A stretch of DNA of 60,371 nucleotides, counting the filler. It is 6 parts of 6 records of this genome, joined end to end, with 100 filler letters (N's around TTAATTAATTAA, not from the genome) between each part and the next. Parts side by side here need not be neighbours in the genome. Positions count along the whole stretch, not along the records: positions 47,395 to 53,171 come from SRR31147125_4998; positions 53,272 to 60,371 come from SRR31147125_4999; 4 more parts are not named here. One strand, given 5' to 3'. Position numbers and translations under genes: made by a program. Under the pieces are notes generated by a model. The model did not search any database, was not told the DNA's origin, and saw only the letters and a list, made by a program, of their open reading frames with translations. This document shows, in pieces, positions 50,412 to 60,371 of the stretch (position 1 is its first letter; each line of letters opens with the position of its first letter).

Positions 50412-51257
50412 ATGAGGTATAATATGAAAGATTCGGTAATTATAAAAAATACCAAAAAAGAAAATATAAGTACAAATATAGTTCTTAGTATCTTAAGTGC
50501 TATTTGGATGATTCCTGTATTATATGCACTTATCGGAAGTATGAAAGAGAAGCAGGAATACAATCTCTCGTTTTTTTGGGATTTACCAAAACAAATAAAT
50601 TGGATAGAGAATTATAAGTATATATTGGAGTACAGCAATGTGTTTCAAAGCTTAGGGAACAGTTTAGTTTATTCTTTATGCGGAGCTGTTGGTGCTATTT
50701 TTATTGCGATTTTTGCAGCATACGGTTTATCTACGTTGAAAATCAAGCATCGTATGTTTTGGTTTATGGTTATATATAGTGGTACTATATTTCCTTTTCA
50801 GCTGTATTTAATTCCCGTTTTTTCAGCTTATCAAAAAGTGGGACTATACGACACAAAGTTTGGTATTATATTATTTTATATAGCTATATGTATACCATTT
50901 GCAATGTTTGTACTAAGAAATTTCTTTATGGGTATTTCAAAAGAATTGGTAGAATCCGCGAAAATTGATGGAGCAAGTGATTTTAGAATTCTATGGAGAA
51001 TATTTGTTCCAATGGGAAAAGCTCCTCTTTCAGTAATATTTATGACTCAGTTTGTTTGGTGCTTTAATGAATTGATGTTTGGTATTACATTTATTAAATC
51101 TAATGATATTAAGCCGATTATGGCGGCCATTTCGACCTTTACAGGAAACAAACCTGCCATGCTGGTTGCCTGTGCTATTGCATCAGTTCCTGTAATTGTA
51201 CTTTATTTAATATTAAATAAAAATTTCGATACAGGGATTTCATATCAGAGCAAATAA
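50412..51257 (+). CDS. Carbohydrate ABC permease
   Basis: ELVESAKIDGAS EAA loop, multiple TM segments. Confidence 0.9.
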   Translation: MRYNMKDSVIIKNTKKENISTNIVLSILSAIWMIPVLYALIGSMKEKQEYNLSFFWDLPKQINWIENYKYILEYSNVFQSLGNSLVYSLCGAVGAIFIAIFAAYGLSTLKIKHRMFWFMVIYSGTIFPFQLYLIPVFSAYQKVGLYDTKFGIILFYIAICIPFAMFVLRNFFMGISKELVESAKIDGASDFRILWRIFVPMGKAPLSVIFMTQFVWCFNELMFGITFIKSNDIKPIMAAISTFTGNKPAMLVACAIASVPVIVLYLILNKNFDTGISYQSK

Positions 51258-51263
51258 AAAGGA

Positions 51264-53171
51264 ATGGTATATATGAAAAATTGGGAGATATATTTGATTC
51301 ATCATTCACACACGGATATTGGATACACTGAGCGTCAGGAAAAATTGATGAATTATCACAAAGATTTTATTTTACAGGCAATTAAAATTCTTGATGATAT
51401 TCATTCGGATGAGATTTTAGGATGCGAAGGCTTCAAATGGCAGTGTGAAAACCAATGGCAGATTGAGAATTTCTATGCCAATGCAGCATCGGAACAGATT
51501 AGTAAATTAGAAAAATATATTAAATCAGGTGAAATAGGACTCTCCGGTAATTATCTTAATATGACAGAATTGGTTGACAGGGATGTTCTGCTTTCAAGAA
51601 CAATGAAAGCAAAAAAATATGGAGATCGGATTGGTACAAAGATAAGTAGTGGAATGTCTGCTGATATTAACGGATATGCATGGGGATATTCTGACGTTTT
51701 GAATGAATGTGGGATTGACAACCTTTTATGTGCACTTCATTCGCATCATGGTATGTTTGCACTATATAAGAAGCAACAGCCATTTTACTGGCAGGGGCCA
51801 AATAAAGGCAAAGTTCTTGTTTGGACAAGTGACCACTACCATATGGGTAATGAAATGTTTATTTGTCCAAGGGGCGGAATGTCATACATGATTTATGATG
51901 ATATTCGTGAAGAACTTAGCGGGGGAATTAGAACTTCTGATGCAGAGGAGACAGAGAAAAAAGAACTTAAAATAGCTCAGACCAGAATAATGAGATATGT
52001 TGAAAATCTTGAAAAAGAGGGATATCAGTATGATTTCTTTCCTCTTTTAGTTTCTGGAGCTACAACGGATAACGCACCGCCAAATGCATATGTTGCAAAG
52101 AGGGTTAATGAGCTTAATGGGATTTTTAAGGGTAAGATTACCATAAAAATAGTAACTCTTGATGAGTTTTTTCAAAAAGTCAGAGGTAGTGATGTACCTA
52201 TTCCTACGTATTCAGGCGATTTTACAGACTGGTGGGCTGACGGCGTTGGCTCAACTGCAAACTCTGTGAAAATATATAGACAGGCTCAGAGAAAATATTC
52301 TCTTTGTAAAAAACTAGATGCCGAAAACAAACTTGGCAATGCAGATTTCCTTGAAAACGCCGCAGAAAACATGATGCTTTATGCTGAACATACATGGGGA
52401 TATTCTTCCTCTGTTTCACAGCCGTGGGATTCGCTTGTTGCATGCCTTGAAAAAAAGAAAGATGCCTTTGCTATAAATGCAAATACCGACATTTCTAAAA
52501 ATCTTGATTTGATTCTTTCTCGAATTGGCGAAGTGTCAATTAATGCGAATAAGTGCCAGAGATATAAAGTTGTTAATCCTCATCCATTCAAATATAATGG
52601 AACTGTAAAGCTGTACATTGAATTTTGGGAGCATCTGGAGGGCAATCCGCTGAGTTCAGGTGCAAAAATAGAAGCATACGATGAGATAACAGGGAAAAAA
52701 CTCGTTTGTCAGGTGCATAGAATATCCAGAGCTTATGAGGTTGAGGCCGCACTAGAACTGGCTCATGGAGAAGAGAAAATTATTAAACTAAAGCAGAATT
52801 TTGAAAATGAAAGCACAGTAAAAAATCATGCTCATATAGGTGCAGACGGGATTAAAGATATTGAAACGGATAAAGAATACCTTGAAACGCCGTTTTTAGT
52901 TGAGACAGATTTCTTTAAAGTAAAGTTTTCTGACAAAAAGGGTATTGACTCCATTTTTAACAAGGAGTCGGGTCAGTTTATTACAGATAGCATGGTGGAT
53001 GAGGGGGCTTTTTCAGCCATCTATGAATGTACTCCCATTAAGGATAACAATCCCTGTGAAGTAAGGAGACAGATGGGAAGAAACAGATGCAGTATGGCTA
53101 CTGAGAGAAGCGTATCAAAGATTTCTGACATCTCAATTGTAGACAGCGGTGATGTGTTTACTACAGTTAGG
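51264..53171 (+). CDS. GH38-like (alpha-mannosidase family) glycoside hydrolase, 3'-truncated
   Basis: HHSHTDIGYT metal-binding start, ADINGYAW, PFYWQGP, DN, WWADG, YAEHTWG. Confidence 0.8.
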
Positions 53172-53271
53172 NNNNNNNNNNNNNNNNNNNNNNNNNNNNN
53201 NNNNNNNNNNNNNNNTTAATTAATTAANNNNNNNNNNNNNNNNNNNNNNNNNNNNNNNNNNNNNNNNNNNN
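53172..53271. other. Artificial contig linker
   Basis: N-TTAATTAATTAA-N. Confidence 0.99.
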
Positions 53272-53274
53272 TTT

Positions 53275-53301
53275 CCCCGGGGCAGAGGCTCCGGGGTTTT
53301 T
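53275..53301 (+). terminator. Intrinsic terminator of an upstream gene outside the contig
   Basis: CCCCGGGGC-AGAG-GCTCCGGGG followed by TTTTT. Confidence 0.7.
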
Positions 53302-53392
53302 AATACCATTTCACCTGCTAATCTGCCCAATAAAACATCCATTTTTCTTTTGAGCACATTAACAAGCAAAATGGTTTAATGCTTTTTTAATT

Positions 53393-54081
53393 CTATGCAA
53401 ATTTATCGAATTGCTCTTTTAAATATTGTAAAAGAGTTGTTTCAATTCCTTCGGCATAAACGCGCACAACTTCAATTACTTTTCCTTTTCTTAATAACTC
53501 TCCCTGTTGTGCATCAAAAAGTTGTTTAATGTTGTTGTTTTTTATTTTGGTAATAGTTTTCTCAAACTCTTCAGGATTTAATTTTTTATTGCAGGCAAAA
53601 TAACCTTTGTTGTCTTCTTCATTGTCAAAATATATTCCCGGCTCTATTTCTTGTAAGGCAAATAGTTTGTTAATACGCGCATTCAGTTCACCTTCAATGT
53701 GTATGTTGGTTACAAATTTAACACCTTGTCTTACCAGACATTCTTGCAGCGAAGAAAGATGCTGGTAATCAGGGAAATTTTTTAAACGAATTGCCGGATA
53801 TTGTTTCCCATTAATTTCCAGTAGCGCGCTGGCAAAATCAACGGTTTTTCGTAAACATTTTTCAACTCCCAAAGCGTAACCCAGTATTTCTTCAAGGAAA
53901 AGAATTTTTCGGTGAACAGAAAAAGTGAGTTGGGATTGAGCTTGCGCGGAAGCCTTCCGTAATAGTTCGCATACGGATTTGTCGCCTCAGATACAGAAGT
54001 ATTTTTCATAATGTTTACTTCAACAGGCATAAGTTTCTCTTTTTTTCTGATTGAACCACAGGTTTTTATTAGTTTTTTCAT
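53393..54081 (-). CDS. Hypothetical protein (~229 aa) split by a homopolymer frameshift at ~53898-53901
   Basis: Adding one base joins ...LFTEKFF to FLEEILGYALGVEKCLR..., merging the 99-aa and 159-aa ORFs. Confidence 0.65.
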
Positions 54082-54436
54082 ATTTATATGTTTTTAGATT
54101 TTTGTTCGTTTATAGTTGTTCATTGTAATGGTGACTATACTCCTGTGTAATTCAATTTAACAGTAATACAATTTGTATTTATAGAAAACGAAACAGCAGA
54201 AATAAAGTTACGCTGTTGGCTAGAATGTAAACACCTTAAGCGACAAATCTAATGGACAACTAAATTTGAATGAATAGATAGGCTCTAAAGGCTGTTTTTT
54301 ACTCGCAGTTTTCAAATTCACTTGTTTAGCTGACATTTTTACACTATTTTTTTTTGATTCGTTGAAATTTTAATAAAACAATGCAATATTTGTTACGCGG
54401 TAAGTTTATTCCCGGTTGGAAATTAGTTGTGTTTCT

Positions 54437-57400
54437 ATGCGTAGATTTGTTTTATCAGTACTAGTCTTTATTATTTGTGCAGGATGGTATCAGAAAGTTT
54501 GTGCCCAGGATGTTAAATTTAACTTGAAAGTTGAAGATGCAACCATTGTGGAAATATTCGATCTTGTTCAAAAGCAAAGCAATTACATTTTTTTATATAA
54601 AGATGAGCACCTTAAAAAAGAGGCTACAGTTAGTGTAGCTGCTAAAGATGTTGGTATTACTAAGCTTTTAGACTTGGTGCTTAAAAATACCCAGCTTGGT
54701 TATAAAATATTTGAACGCCAGATTGTAATTGTCCCTCCTCGAATTTCATCAGTAAAACAATTAAGTACCGAAAAAAATATTTCAATCAGGAATGTAAAAA
54801 CCGTGCATGGTGTTGTAACCGACGAACGAGGAAATACCCTTCCGCATGTAAGTATTGTTGCTAAAGGAACAACAATTGGCGCCTCTACAAACGCTTATGG
54901 TAAATACTATTTTGAAGTGCCCGTTGGAACAAGGTCTTTGAGTTTTTCGTATATCGGAATGCAAAATAAAGATGTAAGAATTCCAAATTCAGGAGAACTA
55001 AATGTAGAATTGAAAGAAGAGGTGCTTAACGTTGAAGACGTAATTATTACTGCACTTGGCATTTGCCGAAATGAGAAAGCGCTCCCTTATGCAACACAAC
55101 GGATAAAAGGGGCAGATTTATTAAAATCGAGGGAAATAAATTTTGTGAGTAGTTTGGCCGGAAAAATATCGGGTTTAGATATTAATAAAAGTAGTTCGGG
55201 GGCCGGGGGATCAACAAAAATTGTATTGCGTGGCGATAAATCGCTTAGCGAAAGCAGCGAACCTCTGTTTGTTATCGACGGAATTCCAATGGTTAACCGA
55301 AAAGGAGATCAGCCAGGAATGTTTGGAGGAATTGACCAGGGCGATGGTTTGTCGCAAGTAAATCCTGGCGATATTGAAAGTATAACCATTCTGAAAGGAA
55401 TGAACGCATCTATTTTATACGGAAGCCAGGGAGCAAACGGTGTAGTTTTGATAACAACTAAACGTGGGAATAAAAATCAGGATATAAGAGTCAATTTTAA
55501 TAGCTCATACGCCATCGAAAAAGTGGCAATATCTCCAGCTTTACAATATAGATATGGCAGTGTGAATGGTACAAAAGAAAGTTGGTCGTACACCTTAGGA
55601 AATTATGACGACACTTTTGTTGATGATTTTTTTAAGAACGGAAGCCAGCTCGTAAATTCCATTTCGTTAAGTGGTGGAAACGATAAAACAAGTGTTTATT
55701 TTTCATATTCGAATACCGATGCGCAGGGAATAATTACCGAAAATACCTACAACAAAAACAATTTTACATTTAAGCAATCGACAGAGCTTTTTAATGGAAA
55801 ATTAAAATTATCGTCGAATGTATACTTGTCGCACGAAAAATGGAGGAATCGAAATCCCGCCGGATATTATAAAAATCCTTTAACCGGTTTGTACTTTTTC
55901 CTCGCGACAAAGACTTTGATTATTACAAAGAAAACTACCAGTTTTTTGATTCCGAACGAAATTTATATGCCCAAAATTGGTTTGTCGAAGATCATTTTCA
56001 ATCAAATCCATTTTGGATAATTTACAAGCAGCCTAAAACCGATTTGTCGAAGCGACTAATAGCAAGTGTTTTGGCTGAATGCAACATTGCCAAAGGATTA
56101 GATTTGACAGCAAGGGCGACTTATGATTATGCCGACAAAGTTTTTGAGCAGAAACATTATGCAACTTCAAACACAACCAACGTGCACGAAAATGGCGCCT
56201 GGGAGTATGAAAAGTATACCGATCAGCTAATGTATGTCGATGGAATAATTTCGTATTATAAACAGATAGCCGATTTTAACGCAAATATATTCTTGGGAAC
56301 GAGTTATGAAAAATCGGTTTATGGAGATGGGGTATTTGTAGATTCAGGTTTGTACGGCTTAATATATCCCAACGAGTTTTATTTCAATAATCTTATTTCT
56401 TCAAAAAACCAGGTTGAATCGACATTGCACAGCAGGGTAATTAAAAATGCTGTTTTTGGAAATATACAACTTGATTATCAAGAGAAACTGTTTCTCGATT
56501 TTTCAGGAAGAAACGATTGGGCATCTTCGTTAGCAGGTACCGGTAACGAATCGTATTTTTATCCTGCTCTTGGTTTTTCCGGAGTTTTTAATAATATTTT
56601 TGAAATGCCCGAATGGGTTAACTTTGCAAAATTAAGAAGCTCTTATGCTATTGCAGCTAACGAAGTTCCTTTCAATAGTATAAATCCACAGCATACAATA
56701 TCTACAAGCGGTGTAGTTAGAAATACAACCAGAGTAAGTTCCGATTTAAAACCAGAGCGATTGAAGAGTCTTGAGCTGGGCGCAAGGGGGATATTTTTTA
56801 ACAGCACCGTTTCTGCCGATGTTTCCTATTACAGGATTGTTAGTAAAGATCAGTTTATTGTTTTACCGGAACCATCGGGGTCGGAATACACAGAATATAT
56901 TGTAAATGCCGGTAAAATAATAAACCGAGGGTACGAGTTTTATTTAGATATTCTTCCCATTCATACCTCAAACCTGAATTGGAAAACAAGTTTTAATTAT
57001 TCAACAAATAAAAACAAAGTTGTTAGTCTTCACTCATCATTAGAAGAACCAATACGTATGGGAAATATGGAAGGCTACGATGCAAGAATTGCTCCCGGAG
57101 GCTCGATTGGCGATATTTATGTGTATAAATTTAAACGCGATGAGTTGAACAGGATAATACTTGATGAAAACACCGGGAAACCATTAAAAACAGAAACGTC
57201 TCAATACATTGGGAATTTGGCTGCCCGCTGGATTCTTGGTTGGCACAATACCATCGATTTTAAAAACTTGTCGCTCGATTTCTTGGTAAGCGGAAAATTT
57301 GGAGGAAAGGTTGTTAGCCAAACCGAAGCAATGTTAGACGGAATGGGTGTTTCTGAAAGAACTGCACAAGCAAGAGATAACGGATATGTTGCAATTAATG

Positions 57401-57738
57401 CTATTCGGGGAGAAGAATTAGTGACTGAAATAGATCCGTTTTTATATTATTCTACCATTGGCAACAGGAATGGAATTAAAGAACCTTATGTTTATTCCAG
57501 AACAAATGTACGCCTAAGTCAGGTATCTTTAATGTATTCCATAAACGTTAGAAAATTGAATTTGCCGGTTAAAAAAGCGAGTGTTTCAATTACCGGTAAT
57601 AATTTGTTTTTCCTATACTTAAAAGCACCTTTCGATCCTGAATTTGTTATGAATACCGGCCGGGACTTTCAATCGCTCGATAATTTTAACCTTCCTTCTT
57701 CCAGAAGTTTTGGTTGTACTGTTAACCTGTTTTTCTAA
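54437..57738 (+). CDS. SusC/RagA TonB-dependent receptor with N-terminal STN signalling domain; frameshift at T5 run 55895-55899
   Basis: STN (IFDLVQKQSNYIFLY), CarboxypepD-like domain, PLFVIDGIP, LYGSQGANGVVLITTK. Adding one T reads YFFPRDKDF...DLSKRL into the 56044 ORF, which ends in F. Confidence 0.88.
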
Positions 57739-57879
57739 ATATTGATTTCTTAAATTATTTCTAATTGTACGATTCGCACAAAGCTTTTATTGGGCTATCT
57801 CAAAGAATCTTTATAAAAAAATTGGTAAGATTTGTTTTTGTTCTAAAAAAATCAATTTTTGTACTATAGATATAGAGTT

Positions 57880-58476
57880 ATGCCAAAAGAGGAAAGTAAA
57901 GAATATCAATTTTGGACGAAACTTCAAACCGGGAATGATAAGGATTTTTCGGCCTTTTACGATGAATATATCGATTTTCTTTTTTCATTTGGATTGGTTT
58001 ATACCAACAACCGGGAATTGATAAAAGATTCAATTCATGATCTTTTTATTGATTTGTATAAATACCGCCGGAAATTATCTAATGATGTTAATGTTAAAGG
58101 ATATCTAATAAAATCGCTAAGAGGCAAGATTTATTCAAATCTTAAGAAGTCTGATAAGCTTATTCTTAACGAAGCTATTATCGACTCCGACCATTTTAAT
58201 TTAGTAGAAGAAACTTTTCTTAATAATGGAGAAGACGAGCGTTTGCAAAAATTGTATGCCTTAATCGACAAATTACCTTCCCGTCAAAAAGAGGCCTTAG
58301 TTCTTAAATATCAAAAAGAGTTTTCTTACCCCGAGATTGCAGAAATTATGAATATTTCTGTGGATTCGGCACGAACCCTGGTTTACCGAACTATTAAAGC
58401 ATTAAGGAATAAACTAACTGTTGAACCTGTGCTTAGTGTCAGTATTTCTCTTTTTCATTTATTTTTCAAAAAATAA
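57880..58476 (+). CDS. ECF RNA polymerase sigma factor
   Basis: DSIHDLFIDL region 2 and LPSRQKEAL...SYPEIAEIMNIS region 4. Likely start 57880. Confidence 0.92.
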   Translation: MPKEESKEYQFWTKLQTGNDKDFSAFYDEYIDFLFSFGLVYTNNRELIKDSIHDLFIDLYKYRRKLSNDVNVKGYLIKSLRGKIYSNLKKSDKLILNEAIIDSDHFNLVEETFLNNGEDERLQKLYALIDKLPSRQKEALVLKYQKEFSYPEIAEIMNISVDSARTLVYRTIKALRNKLTVEPVLSVSISLFHLFFKK

Positions 58477-58605
58477 TTTTAGTTGTTAAGCAGCTGTAGT
58501 ATTGGTGTTTATGGCGGTATTGGTAAAGAAAAATGCATTTTTTTTGAAAAAAGTTAAGTAGCGTGTCTATATTTTAAGCACTTCACTTCTTATAATAGAT
58601 AGATA

Positions 58606-59745
58606 ATGAAACGAGACTCGAAAAATAGCAATTTGAAAAACACTTTAAATAAAGAGTTTATTCGGGATGTATATGAATCTTTAACCGATGAATATATTTC
58701 TGAAGAAGAATTGCAATTAACGGCTCTCGAAAATGAACAGGGACTTTCGGAAAAAGAGAAGATTGAGTTAAAATCAAGAATTAAAAAATCGGTTCAATCT
58801 CAAAAGTCCAGAACAATTATTTACCGTTGGAGCTCTGTTGCGGCCGCGGTTATTTTTGTGGTTAGTTCGTTTTTTGTTTTCCAGAATTTATCTTCCTATA
58901 ATATTATTGAATACGCAAATAATTTCGAAAATACACCAACCGACGGTAATACGCATTTGTTTTTAGGATTAGATGATGAGGTTTCTATAATTTCAGAAGA
59001 ATCAGAAATTCAGCATCTTCAAAATAGTGCTGAAATAAGAATTGATTTGGAAGAAAAGGTAGAGCAAAAACTGGAATTAACAAAAACAATCTATAATACA
59101 ATCTATGTTCCGCACGGGAAACGTACAAAAATTGTTCTTGCCGATAATAGTACAATTTGGTTAAACTCAGGTTCGAAATTTATTTACCCAGCCAAGTTTT
59201 CGAAAGAGAAGAGAGAAGTGTTTTTAGAAGGAGAGGCTGTTTTTGAAGTGGCAAAAAACAAAGAGAAGCCATTTTTTGTAATTACCAACGATGTTCAGGT
59301 TAAAGTTTTAGGTACGGTATTTAATGTAAGTGCTTATCCGAACGACAAATTTACAAGTACTGCACTCGAAAGCGGAGCCGTTGAAATTAATTACAATAAA
59401 TCGTTGTTTAAAACCAATACTTTAAATATTACTCCCGGAACAGTTGCTGTTTTCAACAGAGATAATGAAAGCATGACTGAACATAAAGATGATGTAGAAA
59501 AATATACAAGCTGGAGATATGGAATTCTTATGCTGGAAGCAGAACCGTTATTCAGCATTGCAAATAAACTATCAAGATTTCATGATCTGGAGATTGAAAT
59601 TCGGGACAAAGAGCTTGCAAAAGAAACTTTTTCGGGGCGGTTGGAGTATAACCAATCAGCTGAACAAACATTAAGAACAATTAGCGAAATCGTTGATTTT
59701 GAATTGGATATAAAAGATAATAAAATAACCATCTACAAAAATTGA
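58606..59745 (+). CDS. FecR-family anti-sigma factor
   Basis: One TM segment, LADNSTIWLNSGS, REVFLEGEAVFEV, VLGTVFNV, SW..G. Confidence 0.93.
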   Translation: MKRDSKNSNLKNTLNKEFIRDVYESLTDEYISEEELQLTALENEQGLSEKEKIELKSRIKKSVQSQKSRTIIYRWSSVAAAVIFVVSSFFVFQNLSSYNIIEYANNFENTPTDGNTHLFLGLDDEVSIISEESEIQHLQNSAEIRIDLEEKVEQKLELTKTIYNTIYVPHGKRTKIVLADNSTIWLNSGSKFIYPAKFSKEKREVFLEGEAVFEVAKNKEKPFFVITNDVQVKVLGTVFNVSAYPNDKFTSTALESGAVEINYNKSLFKTNTLNITPGTVAVFNRDNESMTEHKDDVEKYTSWRYGILMLEAEPLFSIANKLSRFHDLEIEIRDKELAKETFSGRLEYNQSAEQTLRTISEIVDFELDIKDNKITIYKN

Positions 59746-59981
59746 ATTCGGTAAAGAATTCGGAATTGCTAAACTGAAAATAGACTGAAAAAAGCGGCAA
59801 TGAATTAATAAGTAAACTATTTAAACTAACTAATTATGAAACTAAAATTACATTCAAAGCTTCTGGGGCGGATAACCTAATATCTTATTTCCTTATTTAT
59901 TTGAACCTGACTTTAGCAAGCATTATATGCTAATTATATTCTTTACATAAGTTCTAATTAACCATTTAAAATTTATTTTTT

Positions 59982-60371
59982 ATGCGGAAAATTCTATTTG
60001 TTTTTGCATTGTGTTTTGGGCTGCTAAGCAGTGCCTATGCGCAACAAACGGTAACCGGTACGGTTACTGGAGATGATGGACTAACCCTTCCGGGGGTGTC
60101 TGTAGTACAGAAGGGAACTAGCAATGGAACAATTACCAACGTTGATGGTAAATATTCTATTTCGGTACCTGCTGACGCAATTGTTGTTTTTTCATTTGTA
60201 GGAATGGAAGCTCAGGAAATTGCAGTTGAAGGACGTTCAACTATTGATGTAATGTTGGCAACAAGTGCCATTGGCCTTGATGAGGTTGTGGTTACAGCAC
60301 TGGGTATTCAGCGTGACAAAAAAACACTGACCTACTCATCACAACAAGTTACGGGCGAAGAAATGATGAAA
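59982..60371 (+). CDS. SusC/RagA TonB-dependent receptor without STN, 3'-partial (not in ORF track)
   Basis: MRKILFVFALCFGLLSSAYAQQTVTGTV...LPGVSVVQKGT.NGTIT..DGKY...LDEVVVTALGIQR. Confidence 0.9.
   Translation, partial: MRKILFVFALCFGLLSSAYAQQTVTGTVTGDDGLTLPGVSVVQKGTSNGTITNVDGKYSISVPADAIVVFSFVGMEAQEIAVEGRSTIDVMLATSAIGLDEVVVTALGIQRDKKTLTYSSQQVTGEEMMK

Noticed and set aside
651-54964. Numerous 60-160 aa ORFs antisense to or nested within annotated genes
   Set aside because: Shadow ORFs of well-supported genes, with no motifs or RBS.

Overview
The window is not one locus. It is six unrelated contigs joined by 100-nt N-TTAATTAATTAA-N linkers, so gene context must not be read across the joins. 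(1) 1-5984, Gram-negative, possibly FCB-group (inference): beta-barrel protein, PMM/PGM, polyprenyl synthase, HPr, enzyme I, rnc and a partial rpmF. (2) 6085-11429, Firmicute-like: TRAP transporter with a nitrilase-family amidase under a divergent MocR regulator, plus a partial DUF1566 protein. (3) 11530-29890, clostridial-like: a probable genomic island (BspA LRR surface protein, REC-SARP regulator, double-kinase sensor, unannotated RHH gene, antisense-RNA-type leader and Bro-N antirepressor, decayed HNH, frameshifted PLD nuclease, att-like end). After it come a DUF1722-MutY fusion and a rare-ketohexose operon (ABC, ketose 3-epimerase, PfkB, GatZ). (4) 29991-47294, very low GC, possibly mollicute-like (inference): pectin catabolism cluster (GH28, kduI, kduD, two kdgK, eda, IclR) interrupted by an orphan ParA and a small RHH-like partner. 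(5) 47395-53171: sugar ABC transporter with a GH38-like hydrolase. (6) 53272-60371, Bacteroidota: STN-SusC, ECF sigma factor, FecR and a second SusC. Four genes are broken by single-base indels in homopolymer runs, which are probably sequencing errors. No rRNA, tRNA, CRISPR array, integrase or reverse transcriptase was seen. The best candidate for an undescribed system is the RHH / antisense RNA / anti-SD / Bro-N module at 19105-20451. Its two-hairpin architecture with an embedded antisense promoter occurs twice with different sequences.
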